Source of the DNA: an uncultured Dehalococcoidales bacterium
GTDB lineage: Bacteria > Chloroflexota > Dehalococcoidia > GIF9 > UBA5629
Direction of reading: 5' to 3'
Assembly (NCBI GenBank): GCA_964519615.1
Contig: CAZFIM010000002.1
Coordinates: 23,814-87,813 of the forward strand
Length of the DNA stretch: 64,000 bases
The notes beneath the pieces are model-generated. The model was given only the letters and a program-made list of their open reading frames with translations, was not told where the DNA came from and searched no databases. A program made the translations under genes and the position numbers. This document shows, piece after piece, positions 38,803 to 48,689 of this stretch (position 1 is the first letter of the stretch; the number at the start of each line of letters is the position of its first letter).

Positions 38803-39093
38803 ATGATAATCCAGATTACCGATATAGCCAAAGACAAACTTAAAGAGGTTCTCGATGAGAATCCCGGAAAATATATACGTGTTGTCATCGAGGGGATAGG
38901 CTGAAGCGGTCCCAGATTGGGATTAGCTCTGGATGAGCTAAAAGAAAATGAAAAAGCGGTGCAGATAAACGGCATCGATATCTTAATATCTGATACGGTT
39001 GGAGCTTTAGCAACGGATAAAAAGGTTGATTATGTAAAATCGTCATATGGAGAGGGTTTTGCGATAACTTCTCCGAATCAGACATGCTGCTGA
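38803..39093 (+). CDS. HesB/IscA-like small protein with in-frame TGA (38902-38904) at the conserved first-Cys position; probable selenoprotein
   Basis: Read-through translation gives MIIQITDIAKDKLKEVLDENPGKYIRVVIEGIG[U]SGPRLGLALDELKENEKAVQINGIDILISDTVGALATDKKVDYVKSSYGEGFAITSPNQTCC. This matches the IscA fold pattern (I.LT..A...L...G..IRV...GGCSG....L.LDE...D.V.......I.........VDY....EGF.I.NPN..C), with TGA exactly where the GCSG Cys sits. RBS AGGAGGTG precedes ATG 38803. A bulged hairpin AGCGGUCCC-AGAUU-GGGAUUAGCU starts 1 nt after the UGA. Confidence 0.55.
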
Positions 39094-39191
39094 TAGTGCG
39101 AGGATTTGCTGCCGGCGGGGGAATAAGAAAGTGTGCTGATAATCCGTTGTCAAGGAAAATAGTACACAGCTAAATATACATCGTGGCGCTG

Positions 39192-39753
39192 CTAGCTTTT
39201 TTTGCCGGAAAGCCCCAGCGTAAGGACACGCAGCAGACCGGCAATGCTTTTGGCATCGACGATTTCGCCGGAAGCGATAAGGTTCTGTACCTGCGACATA
39301 GGCACCTTCACTACCTCGATCTCATCCGTATCCTCTGCTTCAAGCTGGCTGTGCTCAAGCTGAGTAGCCAGGTAGAAATGCAGGTATTCGGTACAGTATC
39401 CCGGTGCTGAGTAGAACCCCCCCCAGCTTCTGAATTTTCTTGGGACGAAAGCCGATCTCTTCCTGTAGTTCCCTGCTTACCGCTTGCACCGGCTGTTCCC
39501 CCGGCTCTATACCGCCTGCCGGTATCTCAAGAAGGGTCTTTTCAACGGCCTTTCTATACTGTTTTACCATCAGGACGTTATCAGCCTCATCCAATACTAC
39601 TACGGCTATGCAGTCGCTGTGTTCCACGATTTCGCGTGTGGTCCGGCTTCCGTTCTCCTTTTCAACCGTATCCACGCGCAAATTGACCGCTCTGCCTTTA
39701 TAAATTTGCTCGCTTGAGAGTGTCTTCTCAACCACGTTAACCTCCTCCTGCAC
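39192..39753 (-). pseudogene. NUDIX hydrolase (ADP-ribose pyrophosphatase-like) interrupted by a frameshift at a C8/G8 homopolymer (39417-39424)
   Basis: The N-terminal part has a Nudix box GGIEPGEQPVQAVSRELQEEIGF. After ..KLGG the frame breaks at the G8 run, and the C-terminal part continues in another frame (FYSAPGYCTEYLHFYLATQLEHSQLEAEDTDEIEVVKVPM..) to TAG at 39192. Confidence 0.6.
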
Positions 39754-39756
39754 CGG

Positions 39757-40212
39757 TTATTCGAACCTGTAAACCAGCGCCACTTCGTCGCAGTCAGGGA
39801 ATTTGGGACAATGGAAGCATTCTGACCATATTTTGCGCGGCAGCTCCATTTTATCTATATCCTTGAAGCCGCACTTTTTAAAGAACTCGGGTTTATAGGT
39901 GAGGCAAAAGATGGTAGCTATTCCCAGTTGTTTTGCTTCTTCCAAACATGCTTTCACCAGCAGTCTGCCGCATCCATGAAACTGCGCCTCTTTGTTTACG
40001 GCCATAGACCGAATCTCCGCCAGATCAGCCCAGCTAATATGCAGAGCTACGCACGCCAGAACTTTATCATTCTCTCTGATGACATAGTAGTCACGCAGAT
40101 TCTCATAAATATCGCTTAAGGCGCGCGGTAGCATCTCGCCTTTATTTGCAAAGCCATTGATGAGCACGTGCATCTGCTGCGCATCGCCTATTTTTGCTTT
40201 CTCAACCTTCAT
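39757..40212 (-). CDS. GNAT-family N-acetyltransferase
   Basis: Acetyl-CoA binding motif region (VNKEAQFHGCGRLLVKACLEEAKQLG); 151 aa. Confidence 0.8.
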   Translation of the reverse strand: MKVEKAKIGDAQQMHVLINGFANKGEMLPRALSDIYENLRDYYVIRENDKVLACVALHISWADLAEIRSMAVNKEAQFHGCGRLLVKACLEEAKQLGIATIFCLTYKPEFFKKCGFKDIDKMELPRKIWSECFHCPKFPDCDEVALVYRFE

Positions 40213-41033
40213 GTCGTTTTCCTTCTCAATTTGCTTTCCAGTGACTGGTAGAAATAGTTGCCGGATTGTATTCTCATAAGTTTTGCTGTATAAGGGCTGT
40301 CCATCACTTCCACGTAATCTCCGCTCTTAAGCTGTACTTCCACCTGACCGTCTACGCTGATCATGGCTTCATGTCTTGTGATAATTGTTAGCCCGAGGAC
40401 CGTCTTCTGCGGCAGTACCAGCGCTTTATCGAAAGTAACATGCGAGCATACAGGCATCAATATCATATCCTGCGACTGTGGATGGAGCACAGGACCTCCG
40501 GCAGCAAGTGCGTATCCCGTACTTCCGCTCGGAGTTGCCACCAGTACTCCGTCCGCGCGGTAGGTGGCCATAGTCTCGCCGTCTATTCTGCATTCGACAT
40601 TGACCAGTCTTGCTATACTTCTGCGCCCGATAAAGACATCGTTCACCGCATACAATATGCGCTCACAGGAGGGCAGATACGCTTGAAGCACGCAGCGCTC
40701 CTCTATCCAGCCTTCTCCTTTAAGCAGAGCAGGCAGTTTAGTAAAGGCTTCAGCGCTTTCAAGCTCGGTCATAAATCCGAGCTTTCCCAGATTTATTCCA
40801 ATGATGGGAATGGCATACTGAAGCACGGCACGTGCCGCGCGCAGGATGGTGCCATCCCCCCCGACACTAATAACTATGTCTGTACCTTGCAGATGCAGTT
40901 CCGCCTGCTCCGGCTCCCATGCCGAGCATAGCCAGGAGGATATGCCTTCACGTGACAGAAACTTTTCAATTTCCCGGCTTAAAGACAGCGCCTTACTGCG
41001 GCGCGGATTATAGAAAATACCAGCTCGCTTCAA
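40209..41033 (-). CDS. nadK: NAD kinase
   Basis: GGDGTILRAAR, NLGKLGFMTE and DGVLVATPSGSTGYALAAGGPVLHP motifs. Confidence 0.9.
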   Translation of the reverse strand: MKRAGIFYNPRRSKALSLSREIEKFLSREGISSWLCSAWEPEQAELHLQGTDIVISVGGDGTILRAARAVLQYAIPIIGINLGKLGFMTELESAEAFTKLPALLKGEGWIEERCVLQAYLPSCERILYAVNDVFIGRRSIARLVNVECRIDGETMATYRADGVLVATPSGSTGYALAAGGPVLHPQSQDMILMPVCSHVTFDKALVLPQKTVLGLTIITRHEAMISVDGQVEVQLKSGDYVEVMDSPYTAKLMRIQSGNYFYQSLESKLRRKTT

Positions 41034-41117
41034 AGCATCTGGAGTCTATCACCGCCTGATAAAAGTGTCAAATATAAGCGGCAGGCGGTTGTTACTTTGA
41101 CATGAAGTGAAGTATAT

Positions 41118-42590
41118 CTAGCCTGTAAAGAGTTTTGAGGCCGCCTGTGCCAGGCTTACAAAACTGCCCGGAATAATACCCAGCAGCAGCACGAAGAGGC
41201 AGGCTATACCCAAAGCTACGCGCAGCGCTATGGTCGATGGAACTTTCTCGCTGGAGGCAGGTTCTCCCGTCCACATTACCTTCACTACTCTGAGATAGTA
41301 GAAGGCTGAGATAACGCTGTTGATGACCGCGACCACGACCAGCCATACCAGCCCGTTTTGTACGGCTCCGTTGAAAATATAGAGCTTGGCGATAAGTCCG
41401 CCGGTAGGGGGCAGGCCTATTAGCGATATCATGCAGAAGCTGAGGGCTATAGCCAGCAGCGGTGCACGCCTGATCATACCGGTAAAATCGGAGATATCAT
41501 CGCTTGCTATTTTATTGGAGATGGCGATAATGGCGAAAAATGCTCCCAGGTTGGTGACAGCATAGCTCATAAGGAAGAAGATAAGCCCGCTCTGTCCCAG
41601 CAGGTCGCCTGTGGCTGCCATGCCTACCGTTGCCAGACCGACCATCAGATATCCTGCCTGGGCGATACTGGAGTAACCGAGCATACGCTTTATATTGGAC
41701 TGCAGGAGCGCCACAACATTACCCACAGTCATGGTGATAGCGGCCAGCACCGCGATAATCAGCCCCCATTCCAGGCTGAGCCAGACGGTGGATCCGAAGG
41801 CGGTGAAAAAGACCCGTGTTATAACCGCAAATCCCGCTGCTTTACTTGCCACGGAGAGATACGCGGTGACCGGTGTGGGAGCGCCTTCATAGACGTCCGG
41901 TACCCACATCTGGAAGGGGAAGCTGGCAATTTTAAATCCGAATCCGGCGATCATAAGCACAATGCCCATAAGCAGGCCGGGGCTTGCCAGCAGGCTGGTG
42001 AAAGGCATGGTCTCTACCACACCGGCAATGCATACCAGACAGGTATGCTGGGTGATGCCGAAGGTAAATGCCATGCCGTAGAGAAGCACCGCTGAAGATA
42101 CGGACCCAAGCAGTAAATATTTCAGGCCGGATTCGGTTGATTTCTCATCTTTTAAGAAGGTGGTCAGGACATAGAGTGAAATGCCGCTTAACTCCAGCGC
42201 AACAAAGACCGTAATCAGGTCTTCCGCTGCCGCCAGCAGCATCATCCCCATTGCCGATATCAGCAGCAGAGCGTAATACTCGCCCTGGAAGCGTTCGAAC
42301 TTATTTACGTAGTCCTGAGAAGCCAATATTACCAGACCGCAGGCCAGCAGCAGAACGATTTTGAAAAAGACCGCGAATTTATCCACCGCCAGCATGGCAA
42401 AAAAGGTATCAGTTGTGGGATGACTCCAGAGATTGATAGAGAAGCCGCATGCTACCAGCAGTGCCAGTATGCTGATTGCTGCCAGTATCTTCTTCTGCTT
42501 GATAAAAACATCGGCCAGAATTATTGCCAGAGCAGCGACCAGCAGTGTGATCTCCGGTGCGACCATGTATAGCTCGCTCACTATTACCAT
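41118..42590 (-). CDS. nuoN: NADH-quinone oxidoreductase subunit N
   Basis: 490 aa, 14 TM antiporter-like subunit at the 3' end of the nuo operon. Confidence 0.9.
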   Translation of the reverse strand: MVIVSELYMVAPEITLLVAALAIILADVFIKQKKILAAISILALLVACGFSINLWSHPTTDTFFAMLAVDKFAVFFKIVLLLACGLVILASQDYVNKFERFQGEYYALLLISAMGMMLLAAAEDLITVFVALELSGISLYVLTTFLKDEKSTESGLKYLLLGSVSSAVLLYGMAFTFGITQHTCLVCIAGVVETMPFTSLLASPGLLMGIVLMIAGFGFKIASFPFQMWVPDVYEGAPTPVTAYLSVASKAAGFAVITRVFFTAFGSTVWLSLEWGLIIAVLAAITMTVGNVVALLQSNIKRMLGYSSIAQAGYLMVGLATVGMAATGDLLGQSGLIFFLMSYAVTNLGAFFAIIAISNKIASDDISDFTGMIRRAPLLAIALSFCMISLIGLPPTGGLIAKLYIFNGAVQNGLVWLVVVAVINSVISAFYYLRVVKVMWTGEPASSEKVPSTIALRVALGIACLFVLLLGIIPGSFVSLAQAASKLFTG

Positions 42591-42636
42591 CTGTTCAGGT
42601 CATCCCATTTACATAACATTCCATTTATATTCATGA

Positions 42637-44106
42637 TCAGAATCCTGCTATTCTCACTATCGGTTCGATACCTGCCTTGATTATGTTCGTAAGCACAGCG
42701 GGGTAGATGCCGACGACCATAATGGCCAGCACGAATAGAAAGATGGAAATCTTCTCGATCGTATCGGCATCAGGAGTTCCCTCATACTTTTCCTGCGGTG
42801 GCCCGTAGAAGACCTTTTGCAGCATATAGAGAATATAGCCCGCCGTCAGCACAATGCCGAAGACGCCCAGCAGCGTATATATTTTAATTCCTGTCACAGC
42901 AGTACTGGAGAAGCAGCCGGTGAAGGTGATAAACTCGGCGGCAAAGCCGCTGGTTCCTGGAAGACCAAGAGATGCCAACCCGGCTATACTGAAAACCACC
43001 ACGATAACCGGCATCTGCCTGGCAAGTCCTCCCAGCGTATCTATATTGCGGTTGTGGGTCTTATCGTAGACAAGTCCCACCATAGCGAAGAGCAGCCCGG
43101 TGATGATGCCGTGGCTGAACATCTGCAGGGTTGCGCCGGTAAGGCTTATCTCATTCAAGGCAAATATACCCAGCAGTACATAGCCCATGTGGCTTACGCT
43201 GCTGTAGGCGATAAGCCGCTTCAGGTCGGTCTGTCTGAGCGTGATGCCTGCTCCGTATAATATGCCTATCACTGCCAGGATTACCAGTATCGGCGCATAG
43301 AGGCGTGCCATATCCGGCATGATGCTCACGCACAGGCGAATCATTCCGTAGCCTCCCATCTTCAGCAGCGCACCCGCCAGTATGACGCTCACCGCGGTGG
43401 GAGCATCGGTATGGGCATCAGGCAGCCACGTGTGGAAGGGGAACATAGGCAGTTTGATGGCAAAGCCGATAAAGAGCAGGAAGAACATCGCCGCCAGAGG
43501 TATTACCGGGCGTATGCCGGCACCTGCCAGCGCTATCATATCGAAGCTGCCGGTAGAGAAGTAGAGCGTTAGAATGCCCGCCATCATCATTGCGCTTCCG
43601 GTGAGGGTATACAGAACATACTTCATGGCGGAGTATTCTTTGCGGCCGCTGCCCCAGATGGAAATAAGGAAATACATGGGGAAGAGTTCAAGCTCCCAGA
43701 AAAGGAAGAAGAGTATCAGATCCAGCGAGCAGAAGACGCCGAGAATGCTCAGTTCCAGCAGCAGCAGCCAGATGAAATACTCCTTGATTCTGAGCGTTAC
43801 CTTCAATGATATCAGCACGGTGAGGAAGCCCAGAAAAGTCATCAGTATGACCATGGGCAGGTTGATGCCGTCCACGCCGACATGGTAAGAGGCATTGATA
43901 GCAGGAATCCAGGCTAGCTTCTCTTCAAACTGAATCCCGGAGGCAGCACGGTCGAATTGTGAAAAGACCACCAGCGAAAGCACGAACGCGGCCAGAGTAG
44001 CAATAAGGGCGGTGTACCTGATCGCTTTTTCCTGCCGTGAAGACAGGAAAGCGATAACTATCAGCCCGATTAGCGGGAGCAGCAATATTGTACTCAGATA
44101 ACCCAA
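42637..44106 (-). CDS. nuoM: NADH-quinone oxidoreductase subunit M
   Basis: 489 aa antiporter-like subunit. Confidence 0.9.
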   Translation of the reverse strand: MGYLSTILLLPLIGLIVIAFLSSRQEKAIRYTALIATLAAFVLSLVVFSQFDRAASGIQFEEKLAWIPAINASYHVGVDGINLPMVILMTFLGFLTVLISLKVTLRIKEYFIWLLLLELSILGVFCSLDLILFFLFWELELFPMYFLISIWGSGRKEYSAMKYVLYTLTGSAMMMAGILTLYFSTGSFDMIALAGAGIRPVIPLAAMFFLLFIGFAIKLPMFPFHTWLPDAHTDAPTAVSVILAGALLKMGGYGMIRLCVSIMPDMARLYAPILVILAVIGILYGAGITLRQTDLKRLIAYSSVSHMGYVLLGIFALNEISLTGATLQMFSHGIITGLLFAMVGLVYDKTHNRNIDTLGGLARQMPVIVVVFSIAGLASLGLPGTSGFAAEFITFTGCFSSTAVTGIKIYTLLGVFGIVLTAGYILYMLQKVFYGPPQEKYEGTPDADTIEKISIFLFVLAIMVVGIYPAVLTNIIKAGIEPIVRIAGF

Positions 44107-44117
44107 ATTACATTACC

Positions 44118-46040
44118 TCATCCGAACAAATATACACAAAGTGCAATTGCGATAATTCCAATAACAATGAACATCCCGTAGACCTGCAGCTGGCCTGTCT
44201 GCGCCTGCCGGATGACCCTGCTTGCCGCTGAGGTTCCGCTGGCGATGCCGTTGACTGCGCCGTCGACCGCTTTGCTGTCAAAGAATGAAAATGCCCTGAA
44301 AATGCCATTGTAGAGGACAGTGCGTATAATAACGTTTTCATAGAGCTCGTCCAGCCAGTACTTGCGTGAGAAAAGAAGATAAAGCGGTTTGAATATATTG
44401 CCCAGCGATTCTGCCGAAATAATTTTTGCACTGTAAACAATATATGCCGTCAGAATCCCCGCAAGGGCAACAGCAAGTGAGACCAAGGGTACCGGGTGTG
44501 TTAAGATGCCGAAGAAGCCGCCGAAAAAGCCGTGGACTTCATGTGCAGCCTCGTGCCCCATGAAAGCATCGAACCCACCCGCAGCATTCCACCATCCCGC
44601 TACAATAGAGAAGAATGCCAGGATAACGAGCGGGACCACCATTACCGGAGTGGACTCATGCGGCCCGTGATGCTCATGTGAGCTATGGCCGCTTTCCTCC
44701 GAGGGTGCTCCTCCCCTGTACTCCCCTCCGAATGTCATGAAAATAGCCCTGAACATGTAGAAAGCGGTCATAAAGACAGTTATCATCGCCAGATAGAACA
44801 GCAGCGGCTGTCCGCCCGCTCCTGCAACGATCTCGTCTTTACTCCAGAAACCGGATAAAGGCCATATTCCGGAAAGGCTGAGGGAACCGATAAGGAAGGT
44901 GGCATAGGTCCATGGCATGGTCTTGCGCAGGCCGCCCATCAACCGCATGTCAAAAGTATTGGTGCTGTGGTTGACGCTGCCCGCTCCTAAAAACAGGAGA
45001 GCTTTGAAGAAAGCATGTGTAAACAGATGGAATATGCCTGCAGCTATACCGGCTGTGCCCAATCCCAGCATCATATAGCCCAACTGGCTAATGGTGGAGT
45101 AAGCCAGCACGCGTTTGATATCGTTCATCACCAGGCCCATGCTGGCAGCGAAAATAGCAGTGAAGCCGCCGATATAGGCTACGGTTGCCAGGGCGGTGGG
45201 GGATGCTTCGAAGAAGGGATAAAAACGCGCCACCAGGAAAACGCCGGCGGCTACCATTGTCGCTGCATGTATCAGCGCGCTGACGGGTGTAGGACCTTCC
45301 ATGGCGTCCGGCAGCCAGACATGGAGCGGGAACTGTGCTGATTTGCCAGCGGCACCGGCAAAGATGCCCAGTGCCACCCATGTGAGCACGGTTCCGCTCA
45401 ATGTGCCCGCCAGCACCATAGCGTGCAGTTCCTCGGTATCGAAAGTACCTGTTGTGGTGAATAACATGAGAATGGCGGCTAAAAAGCCCAGGTCGCCAAA
45501 TCGGGTGACGATAAATGCCTTCTTGGCTGCGTTTGCCGCGGAAGGCTTGTGAAACCAGAAACCGATAAGCAGGTATGAACCCAGCCCCACTCCCTCCCAG
45601 AAGAGGAACATAAATACAAGATTATCCGCCATCACCAGGCCCAGCATGCATAATGTAAACAGTGACATGAAGGCATAGTAGCGTGGATACCCGGGATCTC
45701 CGTGCATATATCCCTGCGAATATATCTGTACCATCAAGCTGATAAAGCTCACTACCACCGCCATAACCGCTGTCAAGGAGTCAATCAGCAGTCCTGCGCT
45801 GATGCTTAAGTTCCCGATAACCAGCCACTGAATATCGGGCATATCCAGTTTGTGCCCCGGAGTGCCCATCACGGCGATCAGCATCCAGATGGACAGCACG
45901 CATGAGATGCCTATCGCGGCAATTGTCACGTATCCGCTCAACCGCGGTCTGTCATTAAAAAACGGCCGCAAGATAAAGGCGATGAGCAGCAGCGAAATCA
46001 CCGGAAAAAGGAGTATCAGCCATGGTACCTGATAGGGCAT
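44118..46040 (-). CDS. nuoL: NADH-quinone oxidoreductase subunit L
   Basis: 640 aa antiporter-like subunit with a C-terminal long-helix extension. Confidence 0.9.
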   Translation of the reverse strand: MPYQVPWLILLFPVISLLLIAFILRPFFNDRPRLSGYVTIAAIGISCVLSIWMLIAVMGTPGHKLDMPDIQWLVIGNLSISAGLLIDSLTAVMAVVVSFISLMVQIYSQGYMHGDPGYPRYYAFMSLFTLCMLGLVMADNLVFMFLFWEGVGLGSYLLIGFWFHKPSAANAAKKAFIVTRFGDLGFLAAILMLFTTTGTFDTEELHAMVLAGTLSGTVLTWVALGIFAGAAGKSAQFPLHVWLPDAMEGPTPVSALIHAATMVAAGVFLVARFYPFFEASPTALATVAYIGGFTAIFAASMGLVMNDIKRVLAYSTISQLGYMMLGLGTAGIAAGIFHLFTHAFFKALLFLGAGSVNHSTNTFDMRLMGGLRKTMPWTYATFLIGSLSLSGIWPLSGFWSKDEIVAGAGGQPLLFYLAMITVFMTAFYMFRAIFMTFGGEYRGGAPSEESGHSSHEHHGPHESTPVMVVPLVILAFFSIVAGWWNAAGGFDAFMGHEAAHEVHGFFGGFFGILTHPVPLVSLAVALAGILTAYIVYSAKIISAESLGNIFKPLYLLFSRKYWLDELYENVIIRTVLYNGIFRAFSFFDSKAVDGAVNGIASGTSAASRVIRQAQTGQLQVYGMFIVIGIIAIALCVYLFG

Positions 46041-46234
46041 CAGAGTTTTCTCAAGACCTCCTCAACTACATGGACTCTTTCCTGTGAGACGTAGATGTTG
46101 TATCCGGCCTGCAGTTGTGAGCCCGGCTTTTCCGGGTCCGGCAGCAGGCGGGTGGGGATTCCCTCACCCTCGAACAACTCCTTCCACATCTCTGCTATTA
46201 TTAGATTAGGAGCGCTTTTTACATGAACCCACAT
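46040..46234 (-). CDS. small DUF2007-like protein inserted between nuoK and nuoL
   Basis: 64 aa: MWVHVKSAPNLIIAEMWKELFEGEGIPTRLLPDPEKPGSQLQAGYNIYVSQERVHVVEEVLRKL. This matches the DUF2007 pattern (L..A..L...LLE.EGIP..L...........I.V.EE....A.E.L). Its stop overlaps the nuoL start as TGATG. Confidence 0.55.
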   Translation of the reverse strand: MWVHVKSAPNLIIAEMWKELFEGEGIPTRLLPDPEKPGSQLQAGYNIYVSQERVHVVEEVLRKL

Positions 46235-46244
46235 ATTAGCTTCT

Positions 46245-46556
46245 CTACCATTTAGTCAGATCGAACTTATCGACATTTATTGACTGTCGGTTGCGGTAAA
46301 TTGCGATGATAATGGCAATTCCCACCGCTGCTTCTGCGGCCGCAACGGCCATAACGAATATAGCGAATATCTGTCCCGTCAGCAATGACGGGTCTGAATA
46401 GCGCGAGAAAGCGATGAGCGCTATATTAACCGCATTGAGCATAATCTCAATACACATAAGTATTATGACGGCATTACGCTTGGCCAGTACGCCGTACAGG
46501 CCTATGGAGAACAGAATAACCGAAAGAATTAAATAGTGCTCCAGCGTTACTGCCAT
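46245..46556 (-). CDS. nuoK: NADH-quinone oxidoreductase subunit K
   Basis: 103 aa, 3 TM, conserved E residues. Confidence 0.9.
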   Translation of the reverse strand: MAVTLEHYLILSVILFSIGLYGVLAKRNAVIILMCIEIMLNAVNIALIAFSRYSDPSLLTGQIFAIFVMAVAAAEAAVGIAIIIAIYRNRQSINVDKFDLTKW

Positions 46557-46560
46557 AGAA

Positions 46561-47046
46561 TTACTTCTCCCTGATGAGCACGATCGCTCCCAGTATCGCC
46601 GTTAACAGCAGCACAGCCGTTATCTCCACTGGCAGCAGATATCCTCCCATCCCGAAAAGGCGTGAGCCTAAAAAGGCTACTGTCGGCTCCTGCGGAGGCG
46701 TTGTGCTGATAAACCAAGCTGTATGGACGATCGATAGTATCAGTATTATTGCCAGCAGCCCTCCTATGATCAATGCGGGAAGGCGCAGTCTGCCGGAAGG
46801 ATTGCCGTGTTGCGCATCTCTAGTAAGCATTATCCCCACGATGATCAGAATGGAGATGGCGCCGACGTAGACCAGTATCTGGACCACAGCCAGAAAATCT
46901 GCGTGCAAGGTAATATAGATGCCTGCTATAGTGATGAAGAGCAGCACCAGTGAGAGCGCCGCACGAAAGACATCGCGCAGCAGCACAACCGCTGCCGCTG
47001 CGGCAACCGTTATAATCGACAGTATCCAGAAAGCTGCATCAAACAC
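46561..47046 (-). CDS. nuoJ: NADH-quinone oxidoreductase subunit J
   Basis: 161 aa, 5 TM. Confidence 0.85.
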   Translation of the reverse strand: MFDAAFWILSIITVAAAAAVVLLRDVFRAALSLVLLFITIAGIYITLHADFLAVVQILVYVGAISILIIVGIMLTRDAQHGNPSGRLRLPALIIGGLLAIILILSIVHTAWFISTTPPQEPTVAFLGSRLFGMGGYLLPVEITAVLLLTAILGAIVLIREK

Positions 47047-47587
47047 CGCGCCCTCTCTTTTTGCTCAGCGGGAAGTAATAAAGCTTTTGCCCGCCTTCTT
47101 CACGTTCTTTATCGCCGTAGACGAGCAGAGTTTGTTTGGGCAGTGAGGCGGCGAACTCCGGCCGCATATAACCGCTGGGCTGTTTCAGCGCCGGCGAGAT
47201 CTGCTCTTTTGACAGCACCAGATCCTTGCGGCGGTACTGTGCCCGCTCATAGCTCATCCCCATTGCAAGGGCATTATAGGGGCATGACTCCACGCACAAA
47301 CCGCAAAACATACATCTGCCTGTATCGACCTCAAATTTATCAACGATATAGTGCCCCTTGCCGTCGCTGTGGGTTACTATCTCGATATTGCCCTGCGGGC
47401 ACGCTTTGGCGCAGGTGGCACAGCCGGTGCACCGCTCCTGCAGCCATACCAGCTCATTGCCGCGCAGCCTGCGCGACATGACCAGTTTTTCCTCCGGGTA
47501 CTGAACGGTGATGGGCTGGCGGAAGAAATGTTGGAGGGTAAGTGCCATTCCTTTCAGTATCCCTTTGCCGTAGCGCTCAAACTTCAA
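47039..47587 (-). CDS. nuoI: NADH-quinone oxidoreductase subunit I (2x[4Fe-4S])
   Basis: CTGCATCAKACP and CMFCGLCVESCP motifs. Confidence 0.9.
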   Translation of the reverse strand: MKFERYGKGILKGMALTLQHFFRQPITVQYPEEKLVMSRRLRGNELVWLQERCTGCATCAKACPQGNIEIVTHSDGKGHYIVDKFEVDTGRCMFCGLCVESCPYNALAMGMSYERAQYRRKDLVLSKEQISPALKQPSGYMRPEFAASLPKQTLLVYGDKEREEGGQKLYYFPLSKKRGRGV

Positions 47588-48689
47588 CCTTGCCGCCTCC
47601 CAGTGTAAACAGTCTGGACCAGAGCAGAATCAGGACGCCCGCCAGCGCAAAATTGATTAAGAGAATAACCCAGGGGAGTGTCTGGGGTATCCACAGTACC
47701 TCCAGCGCGATAATGAAGAGATTGATAACCGCCATTGGGAAAAGCCCTTTCCAGGCAAAGGACATGAGCTGATCCACGCGCAGCCGCGGAAGGGTGCCGC
47801 GTATCCAGACGATTACCAGAAAGACGATAAGCATTTTTATTAAGAACCAGATGATTCCCGGCAAGAGAGGGCCTTTCCAGCCGCTTAAGAAAAGAGAGGT
47901 GATGATTGCCGAGTATACCACAGTGTGCCCATACTCTCCCAGATAGAACATGGCGAATTTCATGCCGGAGTACTCGGTGTGATACCCTGCTACTATCTCC
48001 GAGTCCGCTTCCAGCAGATCGAAGGGACAGCGGTTCATCTCCGCCAGCGCTCCGATAAAAAAGATAATAAAACCCAGCGGCTGCAGCAGGATAAAGGGGA
48101 CGGTCTGAACTTCCACAATCTGGTTTATGGAGAGTGATCCTACCATAAGCACCACTCCCAGGAGTGAGAGCACTACCGGCAGCTCATAGCTCACCATCTG
48201 CGCTACTGTGCGCATGGCGGCAATTAGTGCGTATTTATTGTTGGAAGACCAGCCTGCCATGTAAATACCGACGGCGGAGATAGAGCTGATAGCGATAATA
48301 TAGACGATGCCCACGTTGAGGTCTGCGTATATCGCCCCGCGGTGTATGGGGATGACAGCGAAGATAAGCAGTATGGGAATGAATACCACCAGAGGTGCCA
48401 GAAAATGAATAACCTTATCAGCTTTGGCCGGTACGATGTCCTCTTTGAGAAGTATCTTGACCGCGGTGGCAATAGGCTGGAAAATGCCTTCCGGTCCCAG
48501 CCGGTTGGGTCCCAGCCGTATTTGGAAACGTCCTAATGCCCTGCGCTCGACATAGATAAACACGATTACCATTGTGAGTACAAGACCCAGTATGACGATA
48601 ATTCCGGCTACGGAAGGAAGCAGATATGCCGCCCAGTGAGGCATATAATGTGACAGCCACAGTTCGAACTGCTCCAGAAGCGTCATCAT
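47577..48689 (-). CDS. nuoH: NADH-quinone oxidoreductase subunit H
   Basis: Conserved VERRALGRFQIRLGPNRLGP motif. The first ATG overlaps the nuoD stop as ATGA. The longer ORF to 48710 was discarded. Confidence 0.85.
   Translation of the reverse strand: MMTLLEQFELWLSHYMPHWAAYLLPSVAGIIVILGLVLTMVIVFIYVERRALGRFQIRLGPNRLGPEGIFQPIATAVKILLKEDIVPAKADKVIHFLAPLVVFIPILLIFAVIPIHRGAIYADLNVGIVYIIAISSISAVGIYMAGWSSNNKYALIAAMRTVAQMVSYELPVVLSLLGVVLMVGSLSINQIVEVQTVPFILLQPLGFIIFFIGALAEMNRCPFDLLEADSEIVAGYHTEYSGMKFAMFYLGEYGHTVVYSAIITSLFLSGWKGPLLPGIIWFLIKMLIVFLVIVWIRGTLPRLRVDQLMSFAWKGLFPMAVINLFIIALEVLWIPQTLPWVILLINFALAGVLILLWSRLFTLGGGKVEV

Noticed and set aside
38574-38975. 133 aa ORF on the minus strand overlapping the selenoprotein candidate
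   Set aside because: It has no homology signal and is fully antisense to an ORF with strong IscA-fold similarity and an RBS.
39183-39410. 75 aa plus-strand ORF
   Set aside because: It is the antisense of the 3' half of the frameshifted NUDIX gene.
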